NCBI GenBank assembly: GCA_943788985.1
Contig: CALSSJ010000023.1
Location: 1 to 64,000, forward strand
Direction of reading: 5' to 3'
DNA from: an uncultured Lentisphaerales bacterium
GTDB lineage: Bacteria; Verrucomicrobiota; Lentisphaeria; JABSQK01; UBA12247
DNA length: 64,000 nt
How positions within the stretch are numbered: the first letter of the stretch is position 1; each line of letters starts with the position of its first letter. The translations under genes and the position numbers were made by a program. This document shows, piece after piece, positions 31,209-40,884 of this stretch. The notes beneath the pieces are model-generated. The model saw only the letters and a program-made list of their open reading frames with translations. It ran no database searches and was not told where the DNA came from.

Positions 31209-33056
31209 ATGGGATATCAGGTACTTGCTCGAAAATGGCGGCCACAGCGTTTCGCTGATGTGCTGGGCCAATCCCATATCACGCGCACGCTGCAAAATGC
31301 CATCGAGCAGGATCGCGTCGGGCACGGCTATTTGTTCGTTGGCCCGCGGGGAATCGGCAAGACCACATCAGCCCGCATTTTTGCCAAGGCGCTGAACTGT
31401 CCCACTCCGATCCGCGACGGCGAAGGCGGCCTCGAGCCATGCTGCACCTGCCACACATGCCAAGAAATCGCCGCCGGCTCCTGCCTCGACGTGCTCGAGA
31501 TCGACGGTGCCTCGCACAATAAAGTCGACGATATTCGCGAGATCCGAGAGGGCGTCCAATACACCCCCACAAACGGCCGCAAGTACAAAATCTACATCAT
31601 CGACGAAGTCCACATGCTCACCGCGCAGGCATGGAATGCGTTGCTCAAGACACTGGAAGAGCCGCCCCCACATGTAAAGTTTCTGTTTGCCACCACCGAG
31701 GCCCACAAGGTCCTGGCCACGATCGTCTCTCGCTGTCAACGCTTCGATCTCAAGCCCATCGAAGTCCCGACCATTGTCGGGCGGCTGCACCAGATTGCCG
31801 AGGAAGAAAAAGTCTTAGTGGACGAAGAAGCGCTGACCTTGATCGCTCGCGCCGCAGAAGGCGGTATGCGCGACGCCCAATCTATTTTCGACCAGATGAT
31901 CTCATTCTGCGGCGGCACCAATGAAGAGCAGCGCATCCATCAGAACGACGTGGTCGAGGTCTTCGGCCTATCCTCCTCAAGCGAGCTGAACCATTTGACC
32001 CGGGCGATGATAAGTAATGATGCGGTGGAACTTCTGGATGCCGTGCACGCGCTCGCAGACAAAGGCCGTGACCTCGAGCGCATGTATACCGACGTCCTCG
32101 GCTACCTTCGCAACATCATGGTCTTTCAGCTCAGCAAGGAGCCCACCCGGATCGTAGATGTATCGGAGACAGAGCGCGTGCAGCTGGTCGCGCTGGCGCA
32201 AAGCAGCGCCTCGATCGTGCAACGGTTGATTGATGGGCTGATGGATGATGATGGCGGCGTGCGCATGACCTTGAACAAGCGCCTCTATATCGAAGCCACA
32301 TTCCTCCGCGTCATGCGCGACGCCCATGCCGTGCGTGTCGATGACCTGCTCGCCAAGCTGCGCGAGCTGGAAGCAAACGGACGCTTGAATGATCTTCCTC
32401 GGGGAAATGAACCAGCCATACAAGTTTCCCAGATTGCCCAGATTCACGCGCCACTGGTCCAACCTCCCCCCCCGCCGACCGCCACTGCCGTCGTCGCGCA
32501 GCCGATGGCAGCCGCGCCTCCAGCACCGGTGCCCCCGCGATTTCCAGCGGTCGATCAGACACCAGAGCCAATCGCTGCGGAGCCGCCTCAGCAGCCAGAG
32601 ATCATCACTGCAGCTCCGCTGACACCTGAAACAGCGCCAGTCGCTGTGCCAGAGCCCTCAACGCCGCCTGAGCAGCCAGCGCCGGCTCCGCCGACACACA
32701 CCGAGACCCCCGTCAGCCTGCAAGCTGTACGCACAGCACATGAGCTTTGGGCACACCTGCTCTCCGTCCATGGGGAGTCAGTCGCAGCCCTGCGCGACGC
32801 TGGTACCGCCATCGGCCTCGAACAAGACACCCTTTTGTTGTCCGCAACCGCCGAGCCAAGCCAGGCCATTCGCCAAAAGGCCGCGGAAGTTGGTAGCGCG
32901 CACACGCCTCCCTTGACCATCAACTGGCAGGTAGACATCCCGCTGAAGCGCAAGAAGACCGCATCCTCAGAAGCATGGGAGGCTGCCGAAGGAAGCGAAT
33001 TCGTCCAATCGCTCTGTGACCTGTTCGGAGGCAAGGTCGTCGATGTCCGCGGCTAG
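31209..33056 (+). CDS. dnaX: DNA polymerase III subunit gamma/tau
   Basis: YQVLARKWRPQ, GPRGIGKT, IIDEVHML, LLKTLEEPP, SRCQRF. Confidence 0.97.
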   Translation: MGYQVLARKWRPQRFADVLGQSHITRTLQNAIEQDRVGHGYLFVGPRGIGKTTSARIFAKALNCPTPIRDGEGGLEPCCTCHTCQEIAAGSCLDVLEIDGASHNKVDDIREIREGVQYTPTNGRKYKIYIIDEVHMLTAQAWNALLKTLEEPPPHVKFLFATTEAHKVLATIVSRCQRFDLKPIEVPTIVGRLHQIAEEEKVLVDEEALTLIARAAEGGMRDAQSIFDQMISFCGGTNEEQRIHQNDVVEVFGLSSSSELNHLTRAMISNDAVELLDAVHALADKGRDLERMYTDVLGYLRNIMVFQLSKEPTRIVDVSETERVQLVALAQSSASIVQRLIDGLMDDDGGVRMTLNKRLYIEATFLRVMRDAHAVRVDDLLAKLRELEANGRLNDLPRGNEPAIQVSQIAQIHAPLVQPPPPPTATAVVAQPMAAAPPAPVPPRFPAVDQTPEPIAAEPPQQPEIITAAPLTPETAPVAVPEPSTPPEQPAPAPPTHTETPVSLQAVRTAHELWAHLLSVHGESVAALRDAGTAIGLEQDTLLLSATAEPSQAIRQKAAEVGSAHTPPLTINWQVDIPLKRKKTASSEAWEAAEGSEFVQSLCDLFGGKVVDVRG

Positions 33057-33720
33057 CACATCACGGTTTGACGCCGTCATTTTCGACATGGATGGCGTTT
33101 TGGTAGACTCAGAAGCATTCATCTGCCAGGCAGCCATTGCGATGTTCGCAGAGCTCGGCGTCCAGGCACAGGAGAGTGACTTCCTACCATTCGTCGGCAT
33201 GGGGGAAAATCGCTATCTCGGAGGCGTCGCAGAGAAGTACGCGGCTCCTTTTTCGCTGGAGCGGGATAAAGCGCGAACATACGCCATCTATCTGGACTTG
33301 ATCGTTGGCCAGCTGGACGCACTGCCGGGGGTTCACGACTTTATTGGCGAGCTCAAGGCACACGGCTTCAAGACAGCTGTCGCCTCCTCTGCGGATTTGG
33401 TCAAAGTGGCCGCCAATCTCCGCGAGATCGGCCTGCCGTTCGACTCCTTTGAGGCCGTCGTCAATGGCATGGATGTCGAGCACAAGAAGCCTGCGCCCGA
33501 CATATTTCTGCTGGCAGCGGAGCGCATCCAAGTCGATCCCCAGCGGTCCCTCGTGGTAGAGGATGCCATCAGCGGGGTCACTGCAGCGAAAGCAGCTGGC
33601 GCGCAATGCCTAGGCCTGACGACAAGTTTCCCTGCTGGAGACATGCACGAGGCGGATTGGATAGCACCGGACCTTTCCGCTGTCCCAGCCGCGCTTCGCG
33701 GCCTCCTGTTTGGCCCCTAA
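33043..33720 (+). CDS. HAD-superfamily phosphatase (beta-PGM-like)
   Basis: FDMDGVLVDS, KPAPDIF, VEDA. Confidence 0.9.
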   Translation: MSAASTSRFDAVIFDMDGVLVDSEAFICQAAIAMFAELGVQAQESDFLPFVGMGENRYLGGVAEKYAAPFSLERDKARTYAIYLDLIVGQLDALPGVHDFIGELKAHGFKTAVASSADLVKVAANLREIGLPFDSFEAVVNGMDVEHKKPAPDIFLLAAERIQVDPQRSLVVEDAISGVTAAKAAGAQCLGLTTSFPAGDMHEADWIAPDLSAVPAALRGLLFGP

Positions 33721-33985
33721 AAGTCTTTATTCGGCGATTGGATATTGGCGCTTCGCTCCCGATCCAGCTGGTCAGGCTCTGCCCCTTGGGCGGTCCGTGT
33801 TGGCTGTTGGATATTTTCGCTCCCGCGCCCCGGCTGTTGACGATTGTTCGGCCTCGGGACGAATCGGCGGGCTTGGCATCCCCCTCCGGCACGCAGAAAA
33901 CACGCACTCTAAGTTGTGTCCTGCGTATTTAGAAGTACCCTACTAAAGACAACAAGATCCCCCCGTAAACCAGAGGAACTCAGCC

Positions 33986-34330
33986 ATGCCAGATGCACAC
34001 GACCATAGCAACGAGAAAATCCAGGAAGCATTGAAGCTGCTTGAGGAAGCGGCATGCGAGAAACGCGACGCCCTAAAAACACTGATTTCGGAGCGCTACA
34101 CGCACCTGAAAGACGCCATGTCGGATAGCGAATCGAATGTCAAGGAATCCTTCAATCGCATGAGTCATCGCACCGCCGAGCAAGCACAGCGCTTCCGCGA
34201 AGTCGGCGAAGACCGCGTCCGTGAAGTGGCCAGCCAGGTCGACGAGAACGTCCACAACAATCCCTGGCCTTACATCGGCGGTGCCGCGGTGGCATCGCTC
34301 ATGCTCGGGTACATCCTCGGGCGCAAGTAA
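33986..34330 (+). CDS. DUF883/ElaB-YqjD family protein
   Basis: Helical body, VHNNPW and a C-terminal TM helix ending GRK. Confidence 0.85.
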   Translation: MPDAHDHSNEKIQEALKLLEEAACEKRDALKTLISERYTHLKDAMSDSESNVKESFNRMSHRTAEQAQRFREVGEDRVREVASQVDENVHNNPWPYIGGAAVASLMLGYILGRK

Positions 34331-34350
34331 GGCTACTGCCAGCGGAGCAC

Positions 34351-34872
34351 ATGAAGAAACTGCCGAAAAAGCTCCTGGCGCAGGTAGCAAGACGGCTGAT
34401 CCGTAAGAACGGCAGGAAGTGGGCCGTCCTTGCGCTCCGCTCCCTGCTGAGGGCGCAGTCTGTACGTCGCGTCCGCGCTGAACTGTACGCCAGCGCAGCG
34501 ACCGTTCGGGCCGCCGCCCAGGAAGCTGCGCTCGTCCGCGCCAAAGTTGAGATCGCCAAGATCGCCGTTCGCCAATGCGGCCGGCCGCCACGCAAACCGC
34601 TGATCGGCTTGGTTTTCGCCTATGGCTTGCCCACTCTAATCTGTGCCTTCGGGCTTGCCTCCGCTGCCACCGGAAGCGGAGTCTATCTCGCGACAAAATC
34701 CGTAAGCCCCGCCCTCTGGACCGTGACCCTTCTCTGGGGGCTCGCTGGCTTTGGCCTACTTGGCGTCTTTCTCGCAGTCATTTGGCGGATTGCTAGACAG
34801 GAAACCTGGAACGATTTGGCGTGGAAGATACAACGCTGGGCAAGAAGAACGCCAGACAAGGGTAAAGAATGA
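34351..34872 (+). CDS. Basic membrane protein
   Basis: Two TM helices; GGAG RBS; in operon context. Confidence 0.55.
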   Translation: MKKLPKKLLAQVARRLIRKNGRKWAVLALRSLLRAQSVRRVRAELYASAATVRAAAQEAALVRAKVEIAKIAVRQCGRPPRKPLIGLVFAYGLPTLICAFGLASAATGSGVYLATKSVSPALWTVTLLWGLAGFGLLGVFLAVIWRIARQETWNDLAWKIQRWARRTPDKGKE

Positions 34873-37800
34873 TCCGGCTTGTGTCTTTACTGCTTGCCAC
34901 CGCCGTGTGGCTCTCTGCTGCCAAATCCAGCTGGACAGAGCACCCAGTCCCAGCCCGTGATATCCTTACCTCGGGCTCATTCGTCGATGATGTATCCGGT
35001 TGGGTAATTGGCCCGCAGACCGTACTTCATACCATGGACGGAGCCAAAACCTGGTATCCGCAAACACTTCCCGACCTGGATAACGTCTGGCTCACAGCCG
35101 TCCAAGCTCTAAGCGACTCCACCGCCGTGATCACCGCCTCCGCTTACGGCCGAAACAAAATTGGCATGGTCGTCAGAACCGAGGACAGCGGTCGCTCCTG
35201 GACCAAGCTTGCGCTGCGCAAGGGCACCTTTTCCTCCGTGGTCTTCCATGCGGACAGGACGCGCGGCTACCTGATCTCCAGCAGCCAGGGGCTGCTTCGC
35301 ACCAACGACCGCGGTATCTCGTGGGCCCCCGTCCGCATGCCTCGCCCACTCGTTCTGCGCAAGGACAACCATCAGAGCATGATCTCGCTGCCAGATGACA
35401 AAACGGCCTGGGTCGCATCGCGCAACGGCCTGTGGCGCTCGGACAACGATGGTGCCGACTGGCAATGGGTCCCGTTACCAATCGGTGAGATGGCGCTGGA
35501 TGCCGCGATTCATCAGATCTCATTCGCAACCAGCCAGATCGGCTGGGCCCTCCTGAGCGGCAATACCTTGGAAACCCGCGACGGCGGCCGCACTTGGGCT
35601 CAAATCAACGTCTCCGGTCTCCCCTATGCCGTTTCCTCGGAACGCGTCTGGATCCTCAGCAGCATTCAGGCATGGCAATCCAAAGACAGCGGCCGCAGTT
35701 GGGTCCCCAATCTATCCTTGGATCAGCGCAAAGGTCGCCTCATTGGCCTCGCCTTTACGCCCACCCGCGTCTTCGCCCTTGGCGGTACGCAGGCCATTCG
35801 CCAACCATATATTGCCGAGCGCTCGATGATCGGCAACCGACATGCCGCTGAGGACGTCGCCGTCAACGTGCCCATTCGCGTAGCCAAGCCTGGTTTCGTC
35901 GGCCTGCAGATTCAGAATAATGCGAACCGTGTCGTCCAGAACATGGCCGATATTCCCGCGGCTGCCGGTGAAAGCGCAGTGCAGTGGGACCTCTCAACAG
36001 TGGACGACCTCTGGCGCGACACCCCCAGGCTGCATAACAACCTCCTTCCCGAGGCAGACAATAAAACCCTGACCGCCGATTCCGGGAGATATCTCATCCG
36101 CGGCATCTGGCGACCGCAGCTAGACCTGCGTTATAGCGGCTCCTTCCTCCCGATCAAGGACCACGGCATGCCGTGGTTGACTGAGGACCGTCGCGGCGGT
36201 TGGGTCGGCGACTTAAAGCCAGCCAGCACCATCGCCGCCACTAGCAACGGCATGTGGCTTGGTGCCTATGCCAAGAAAGGCGATGCACTGATCCAATGTG
36301 ACCTCAACATGGAGAAGTTGTGGGGCACGCCGCGCATCCAGTTGGCCTGCCCACGCGTGATGACCGCCGCTGGCGACCACCTTTATTTTGTCGATCACGG
36401 CCTGGCGGCAGATAACCTCGTCCTCATTCAGTTCAATACCATCACCCGCCAAGTCCGCCGCGTGCGCGTGATGGGCCGAGAGCCCAACAGAAAGCCCCAG
36501 ATCAGCGGCATCGCAGTCACCGATAACCGCCTCTACCTCGCCGACCGCATGCAGAATCAGATCTTAGTCTGCACGCTTGACAGCAGCCTCACCCGCAACA
36601 GGAAAAACCCACTTCCACTCGCAAACCTAGGGCGAGACATGTCCGCGGTTGCCACCATCCTGAATACCTTCTCGCTCCCGAAGCCTGGTCGCATCCGGGT
36701 TCTGGATGATCGTCACCTACTCGTCGTCAGCGACGATCGCATCGTCCAGATCCACCGCGGCACGGGCGGCGTAGAGGTCGTCGTTTCTGGATTGGTCAAC
36801 CCCCTCGGCCTGGCTGTCGACGGCACCGGTAATTTCTTCGTCGGCGAGATGGCGCCGCAACATCAGGTCAAGATGTACTCCCGCGATGGCAGGATGTTGC
36901 GCAGCATAGGCCTGATTGGCCCCCACCGCATCGGCGAGTTCGACCGAAATAACCTCGAAAGCCCAGCAGGTCTCGCAGTCGCAGCCGACGGAAACCTATG
37001 GGTCTGTGAGGCCAACGACGAACTACGACGCGTTAGCGTCTGGGACCGAAATGGCACCTGTGTCCGCCAAGTGATTGGCCCAGCCCTCTACAGCGGTGGC
37101 GGTACCATCGATCCCCAGAACCCAAACCGCTTCTTCTACCTAGGCAAAGAATTCCACCGCGACAGCAACGGGAAAGTTTCGCTCACCCGAATCCTCTGGC
37201 GCAGAAACGGGCTTGATTACGATTCATTCGCTGGCTCTCGGCGACTGAACTCCAACGGCGACGCACCATCTCACCCGTTCTACAACAATCGCAGCCTTTT
37301 CTTCAGTCAGTGGGGTGGCTACGGGATGGGAAATGTGAACACCATCTGGCGCAATGTCGATGACCACCTGCGGCCCGTCGCCGCCGTAGGCGTAATTCCA
37401 GACTGGCTACGAGAACGCCTCTCTCTCCCGGTAGACAGCACCATTTTTGCCTGGACCGATCGAGACCGGGACGGCCGCGTCCAGGCTCGTGAACTCACCA
37501 CTGGCACCTTGCCCAAGCCCGACTCCGTCTGGGGCACACGCGTCAGCAAGACCTTCGAGGTCGCCTTCTCGGCCCTCACCGGCCGCCTTGGCTTTGCCTT
37601 GTTCCGCGTCCAGGGAGCGACTCCAGACGGAAATCCCCTCTACGAGTTACCGCAAGCCTACCAGTACGTCGATGACATCGTCCTACCCCCTACCCAGCAG
37701 ATTCAGTCGGTCGCCATGGACAGCCTCGGCCAACCCATACTCTGCGGCCCCTATCTTTACGGCGTCACCCGCGGCGGGCGCACCCGCTGGCGCTACCCAA

Positions 37801-38963
37801 ATCGCTGGCCCAGCCTATTCGACAGCCTCTTTACCTCAGCCAGTGGGGCCGAGCGCGGCATGATCATTGGCGGCACGCGCTTCATGGGCATCACCCAAGT
37901 GGGCACCAGAATGGGGGACATTGCCTGCCTCGGCACCAACTTTGGTAGCGCCCACCTCATCAGCGGGGACGGAATCTACATCGGCCAAGTCTTTCGTGAT
38001 GTTCGCCGTGGCCGCAGCTGGACCTTTAATTCCCTACCCACATCGGCAGACCTTCACAGCGTATCACTTGGGCAGGAACACTTTGGTGGCACCTTTCAGC
38101 GCGTCGTGGGCCCTGACGGCCGTGAGCGTTACATGATGGTCGTCAGCGGCGCTGGCGGAACCTGCTCCGTCGTGGAGATCGCAAACTTGGGCAGTATCCA
38201 GCGTCTCAGTGACACGCCCATCGCCGTGTTCGAGGAACAGGCCGCCGTAGTCAAGCAGCAGGCAGAGTTGCGACAGCCATACGTCCAGCCCACTGCCTAC
38301 CTCCAAATTCAGCAGCGCACCATCCATGTCGATGGCGACCTCGCAGAGTGGCCTGAGGAGCAGGCCCTCGGCATGCGCTTCGCCTACGATGATCGCTTCC
38401 TCTATATTGGCTATCAGCGGCAATTCGGCTTTCCCGGATTCGAAAACGCCGCCACCGCCGGAGACTTCCTCGAGTGCTTTCGCCGCGGCAATGGTCTCGA
38501 ACTCCACTTCTCTACGGAGCCCACCGCCGATCCCAATCGCACGGCCCCCGTGAAGGGAGATCGCCGCCTTGTCATCTGCAAAGTCGACGGCACACTCCAG
38601 GCCGTTCTATTCGACTATCGGCGCGACAGCATCATGCCACTGGCAAAAATCCACTACCCCACCTTCTGGAGCGACGCAACTGTCGATCACGTGGAGATCC
38701 TCCCCGGTGCCGTGATTGCCGGTCGAGAGGGCGACACCTACCAGCTCGAAGCCGCGATCCCCCTCCAGGCTCTTGGCCTGCAGCCCACCCGCATCCCGCG
38801 AATTAGGGCCGACTTTGGCATTGACCTCGGTGATCAAACAGGACGGCAGACTATCGAGCGCGCCTTCTGGAGTAATCCCAACACCAAGCTAATCTCAGAC
38901 GTGACCAGCGAAGTCACCCTCACCCCGCGCCGCTGGGGCACCTTTCACTTTATCCAGCCCTAA
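34869..38963 (+). CDS. Large secreted protein: YCF48/BNR propeller, NHL repeats, CBM9-like C-terminal domain
   Basis: Repeated T.DGG.(T/S)W Asp-boxes; PLGLAVDGTG and PAGLAVAADG NHL repeats; VDGDLAEW..EAAIPL. Confidence 0.8.
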   Translation: MIRLVSLLLATAVWLSAAKSSWTEHPVPARDILTSGSFVDDVSGWVIGPQTVLHTMDGAKTWYPQTLPDLDNVWLTAVQALSDSTAVITASAYGRNKIGMVVRTEDSGRSWTKLALRKGTFSSVVFHADRTRGYLISSSQGLLRTNDRGISWAPVRMPRPLVLRKDNHQSMISLPDDKTAWVASRNGLWRSDNDGADWQWVPLPIGEMALDAAIHQISFATSQIGWALLSGNTLETRDGGRTWAQINVSGLPYAVSSERVWILSSIQAWQSKDSGRSWVPNLSLDQRKGRLIGLAFTPTRVFALGGTQAIRQPYIAERSMIGNRHAAEDVAVNVPIRVAKPGFVGLQIQNNANRVVQNMADIPAAAGESAVQWDLSTVDDLWRDTPRLHNNLLPEADNKTLTADSGRYLIRGIWRPQLDLRYSGSFLPIKDHGMPWLTEDRRGGWVGDLKPASTIAATSNGMWLGAYAKKGDALIQCDLNMEKLWGTPRIQLACPRVMTAAGDHLYFVDHGLAADNLVLIQFNTITRQVRRVRVMGREPNRKPQISGIAVTDNRLYLADRMQNQILVCTLDSSLTRNRKNPLPLANLGRDMSAVATILNTFSLPKPGRIRVLDDRHLLVVSDDRIVQIHRGTGGVEVVVSGLVNPLGLAVDGTGNFFVGEMAPQHQVKMYSRDGRMLRSIGLIGPHRIGEFDRNNLESPAGLAVAADGNLWVCEANDELRRVSVWDRNGTCVRQVIGPALYSGGGTIDPQNPNRFFYLGKEFHRDSNGKVSLTRILWRRNGLDYDSFAGSRRLNSNGDAPSHPFYNNRSLFFSQWGGYGMGNVNTIWRNVDDHLRPVAAVGVIPDWLRERLSLPVDSTIFAWTDRDRDGRVQARELTTGTLPKPDSVWGTRVSKTFEVAFSALTGRLGFALFRVQGATPDGNPLYELPQAYQYVDDIVLPPTQQIQSVAMDSLGQPILCGPYLYGVTRGGRTRWRYPNRWPSLFDSLFTSASGAERGMIIGGTRFMGITQVGTRMGDIACLGTNFGSAHLISGDGIYIGQVFRDVRRGRSWTFNSLPTSADLHSVSLGQEHFGGTFQRVVGPDGRERYMMVVSGAGGTCSVVEIANLGSIQRLSDTPIAVFEEQAAVVKQQAELRQPYVQPTAYLQIQQRTIHVDGDLAEWPEEQALGMRFAYDDRFLYIGYQRQFGFPGFENAATAGDFLECFRRGNGLELHFSTEPTADPNRTAPVKGDRRLVICKVDGTLQAVLFDYRRDSIMPLAKIHYPTFWSDATVDHVEILPGAVIAGREGDTYQLEAAIPLQALGLQPTRIPRIRADFGIDLGDQTGRQTIERAFWSNPNTKLISDVTSEVTLTPRRWGTFHFIQP

Positions 38964-38975
38964 CAGGCTAGAGCC

Positions 38976-39272
38976 ATGCGCATCTTAAGCGGAATTACCC
39001 TCCTAATCTGCGGGCTGCTCGCGCATCTCGCCATTGCCTTGCCAATCGGCTTTCTGGCCATTGCTGTCTACACCACAGCGCATCTGGATCCTAGCTGGCC
39101 CGACGAAAAGATCGTGCTCGTCATCAGCGCCATCTGCTGGCCGATGTCCATTCTGGCTACCTTGCTCTACGGCAACAAGTACACTGCCTATCCAACCATG
39201 CTCAGCTGGGTTCTTACCGGCTGCGAAAGATTGCGCATCCGGCATTCTCCTGAGAGCGATCCGACGCTCTGA
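38976..39272 (+). CDS. Small membrane protein
   Basis: Two TM helices. Confidence 0.5.
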   Translation: MRILSGITLLICGLLAHLAIALPIGFLAIAVYTTAHLDPSWPDEKIVLVISAICWPMSILATLLYGNKYTAYPTMLSWVLTGCERLRIRHSPESDPTL

Positions 39273-39309
39273 CACCCCCTAATTTCCCTGAAACTGTTGC
39301 GGAACCACT

Positions 39310-40449
39310 ATGCCCCCCCCAGAAGAAGACTTGGCCCCCACACTCGTTCTCTCAGAGGACCAACTCAGCCGCCCCAATCCCTTGCGGCGCACGAGCGATG
39401 ACCAGTCTCTAATTTTTGCCTACGATGCGTTTCGTGACCTACAACTCGCCAAAGATCTGTCCATTGAGCTAGACTACAACGTCACTAAATTACTCGGACG
39501 GGGCTCCCAAGGCGTAGTCATGGGCCTCGAACGGCGCTCCCATCGCGCCTGTGTCACCCATCATGCACTCAAGATCTTCGATCCCTCCGTCTATAGCGCC
39601 TTCGAAGATTACGAAGTAGACATCCAGCGCATCGCCATCCAGGTCGGGGTCCTTCAGCGCCTCTCGCACCCCAACCTCGTGAGCTGTAACTGGATGTACG
39701 AGAATGATGGCGTCGGGATGATGCTCATGGAGAACATCGAGGGTCTCAGCCTGGATCAAGTACTTGACCGGAAGGCACATGCCGCTTTAAAGGACCCCTT
39801 GGCACCTAAGCAATGGGAACACTTCAACCGCGTTATCTTCAACCGGCACCGGTCCCTCCAGGCAGGAATCGCACTCTACATCCTGCGGAAAGTGCTCCGC
39901 GGTATCGACGTTCTCCATCAAGTCGGTTATATCCACTGTGACATCAAGCCGTCCAACATCATGGTCGACCGCTTTGGTACCGTCAAACTCATTGACTTTG
40001 GCCGTGCCATCCCCGCCGAGAACCCCGAGAATATCCTCCTTGGCAGCTATCTCTATATGGCGCCAGAGGTGCACCAGCGCCAGCGACTTACCCCCCAATC
40101 AGACCTCTACAGCGCTGGGATTGTCGCGCTTGAGCTTCTCCATGGCGGCCACCTGATCGACACCGCCACTTCCGAAGAAGACATCCTCGCCTTCAAGCTC
40201 CAGCTGCCCGAAAAAATCGGTAGCTACCTCGCGCCCGAACTGCGCGAAAATACGTTGCTCATGGAAATTCTGCGGCGGCTGTTGGCCGTCAACCCACAGG
40301 ATCGCTTCGCCAGCGCGGGCGAGGCTGACACCGGCGACAGCGGCGTGCGGCTCATTCATCGCCAGCTCCTCGTTGCCAGTCTCGACACCGACTACGGCCG
40401 GGAGATGGAATCCTACCTCGGGCTTCGGCTCCAACACCGCACCGCCTGA
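39310..40449 (+). CDS. Hanks-type Ser/Thr protein kinase
   Basis: LGRGSQG, ALK, HCDIKPSN, DFG, YMAPE, DLYS. Confidence 0.92.
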   Translation: MPPPEEDLAPTLVLSEDQLSRPNPLRRTSDDQSLIFAYDAFRDLQLAKDLSIELDYNVTKLLGRGSQGVVMGLERRSHRACVTHHALKIFDPSVYSAFEDYEVDIQRIAIQVGVLQRLSHPNLVSCNWMYENDGVGMMLMENIEGLSLDQVLDRKAHAALKDPLAPKQWEHFNRVIFNRHRSLQAGIALYILRKVLRGIDVLHQVGYIHCDIKPSNIMVDRFGTVKLIDFGRAIPAENPENILLGSYLYMAPEVHQRQRLTPQSDLYSAGIVALELLHGGHLIDTATSEEDILAFKLQLPEKIGSYLAPELRENTLLMEILRRLLAVNPQDRFASAGEADTGDSGVRLIHRQLLVASLDTDYGREMESYLGLRLQHRTA

Positions 40450-40453
40450 ACGC

Positions 40454-40499
40454 AAAAAAGCACTGAGCGCGCCTCGCGATGCGATCGCGCACTCAGTGC
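40454..40499 (-). terminator. Probable terminator between the convergent kinase and glnK genes
   Basis: GCACTGAG...CTCAGTGC stem preceded by an A6 run on the + strand. Confidence 0.55.
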
Positions 40500-40529
40500 C
40501 TTGGCTCAGAGAGGGCAGACGCTCAATTC

Positions 40530-40865
40530 CTAGATAGCGTCCGACCCTGTCTCACCAGTTCGGATTCGAACCACTTCGTCCAGCGTGGTGACGAAAATCT
40601 TACCATCGCCGACAGCACCCGTGCGAGCGCCCTTGACGATCGCATCGATTGCTATCTGCACGAATTCTTGGTTCACCGCGATTTCCAGGCGCACCTTGGG
40701 AATCAACCCAGGTGCGACCTGTTGGCCACGATAAAGGTCCACGGCTTCTGCATTTCCGCGCCCGGTACAACGGCTGGCGGTAATGCGGCTAATTCCGGCT
40801 CCAATCAGTTCTTCGCGAACCGCGTCCAGATTATCCGGCTGAATGATTGCTGTGACAAGCTTCAT
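40530..40865 (-). CDS. glnK: Nitrogen regulatory protein P-II
   Basis: LYRG T-loop, PKVRLEI, ARTGAVGDGKIFV, RIRTGE; directly downstream of amtB. Confidence 0.95.
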   Translation of the reverse strand: MKLVTAIIQPDNLDAVREELIGAGISRITASRCTGRGNAEAVDLYRGQQVAPGLIPKVRLEIAVNQEFVQIAIDAIVKGARTGAVGDGKIFVTTLDEVVRIRTGETGSDAI

Positions 40866-40884
40866 CGTTCTTTTCTCCGCTTGC

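Noticed and set aside
31209..33056. dnaX gamma-subunit frameshift signal
   Set aside because: No A-AAA-AAG or long A tract was seen; the C-rich run encodes a Pro linker.
33735..33825. Short imperfect direct repeat (TTGGATATT...TTCGCTCCCG) in an intergenic region
   Set aside because: Only two short copies and no supportable function.
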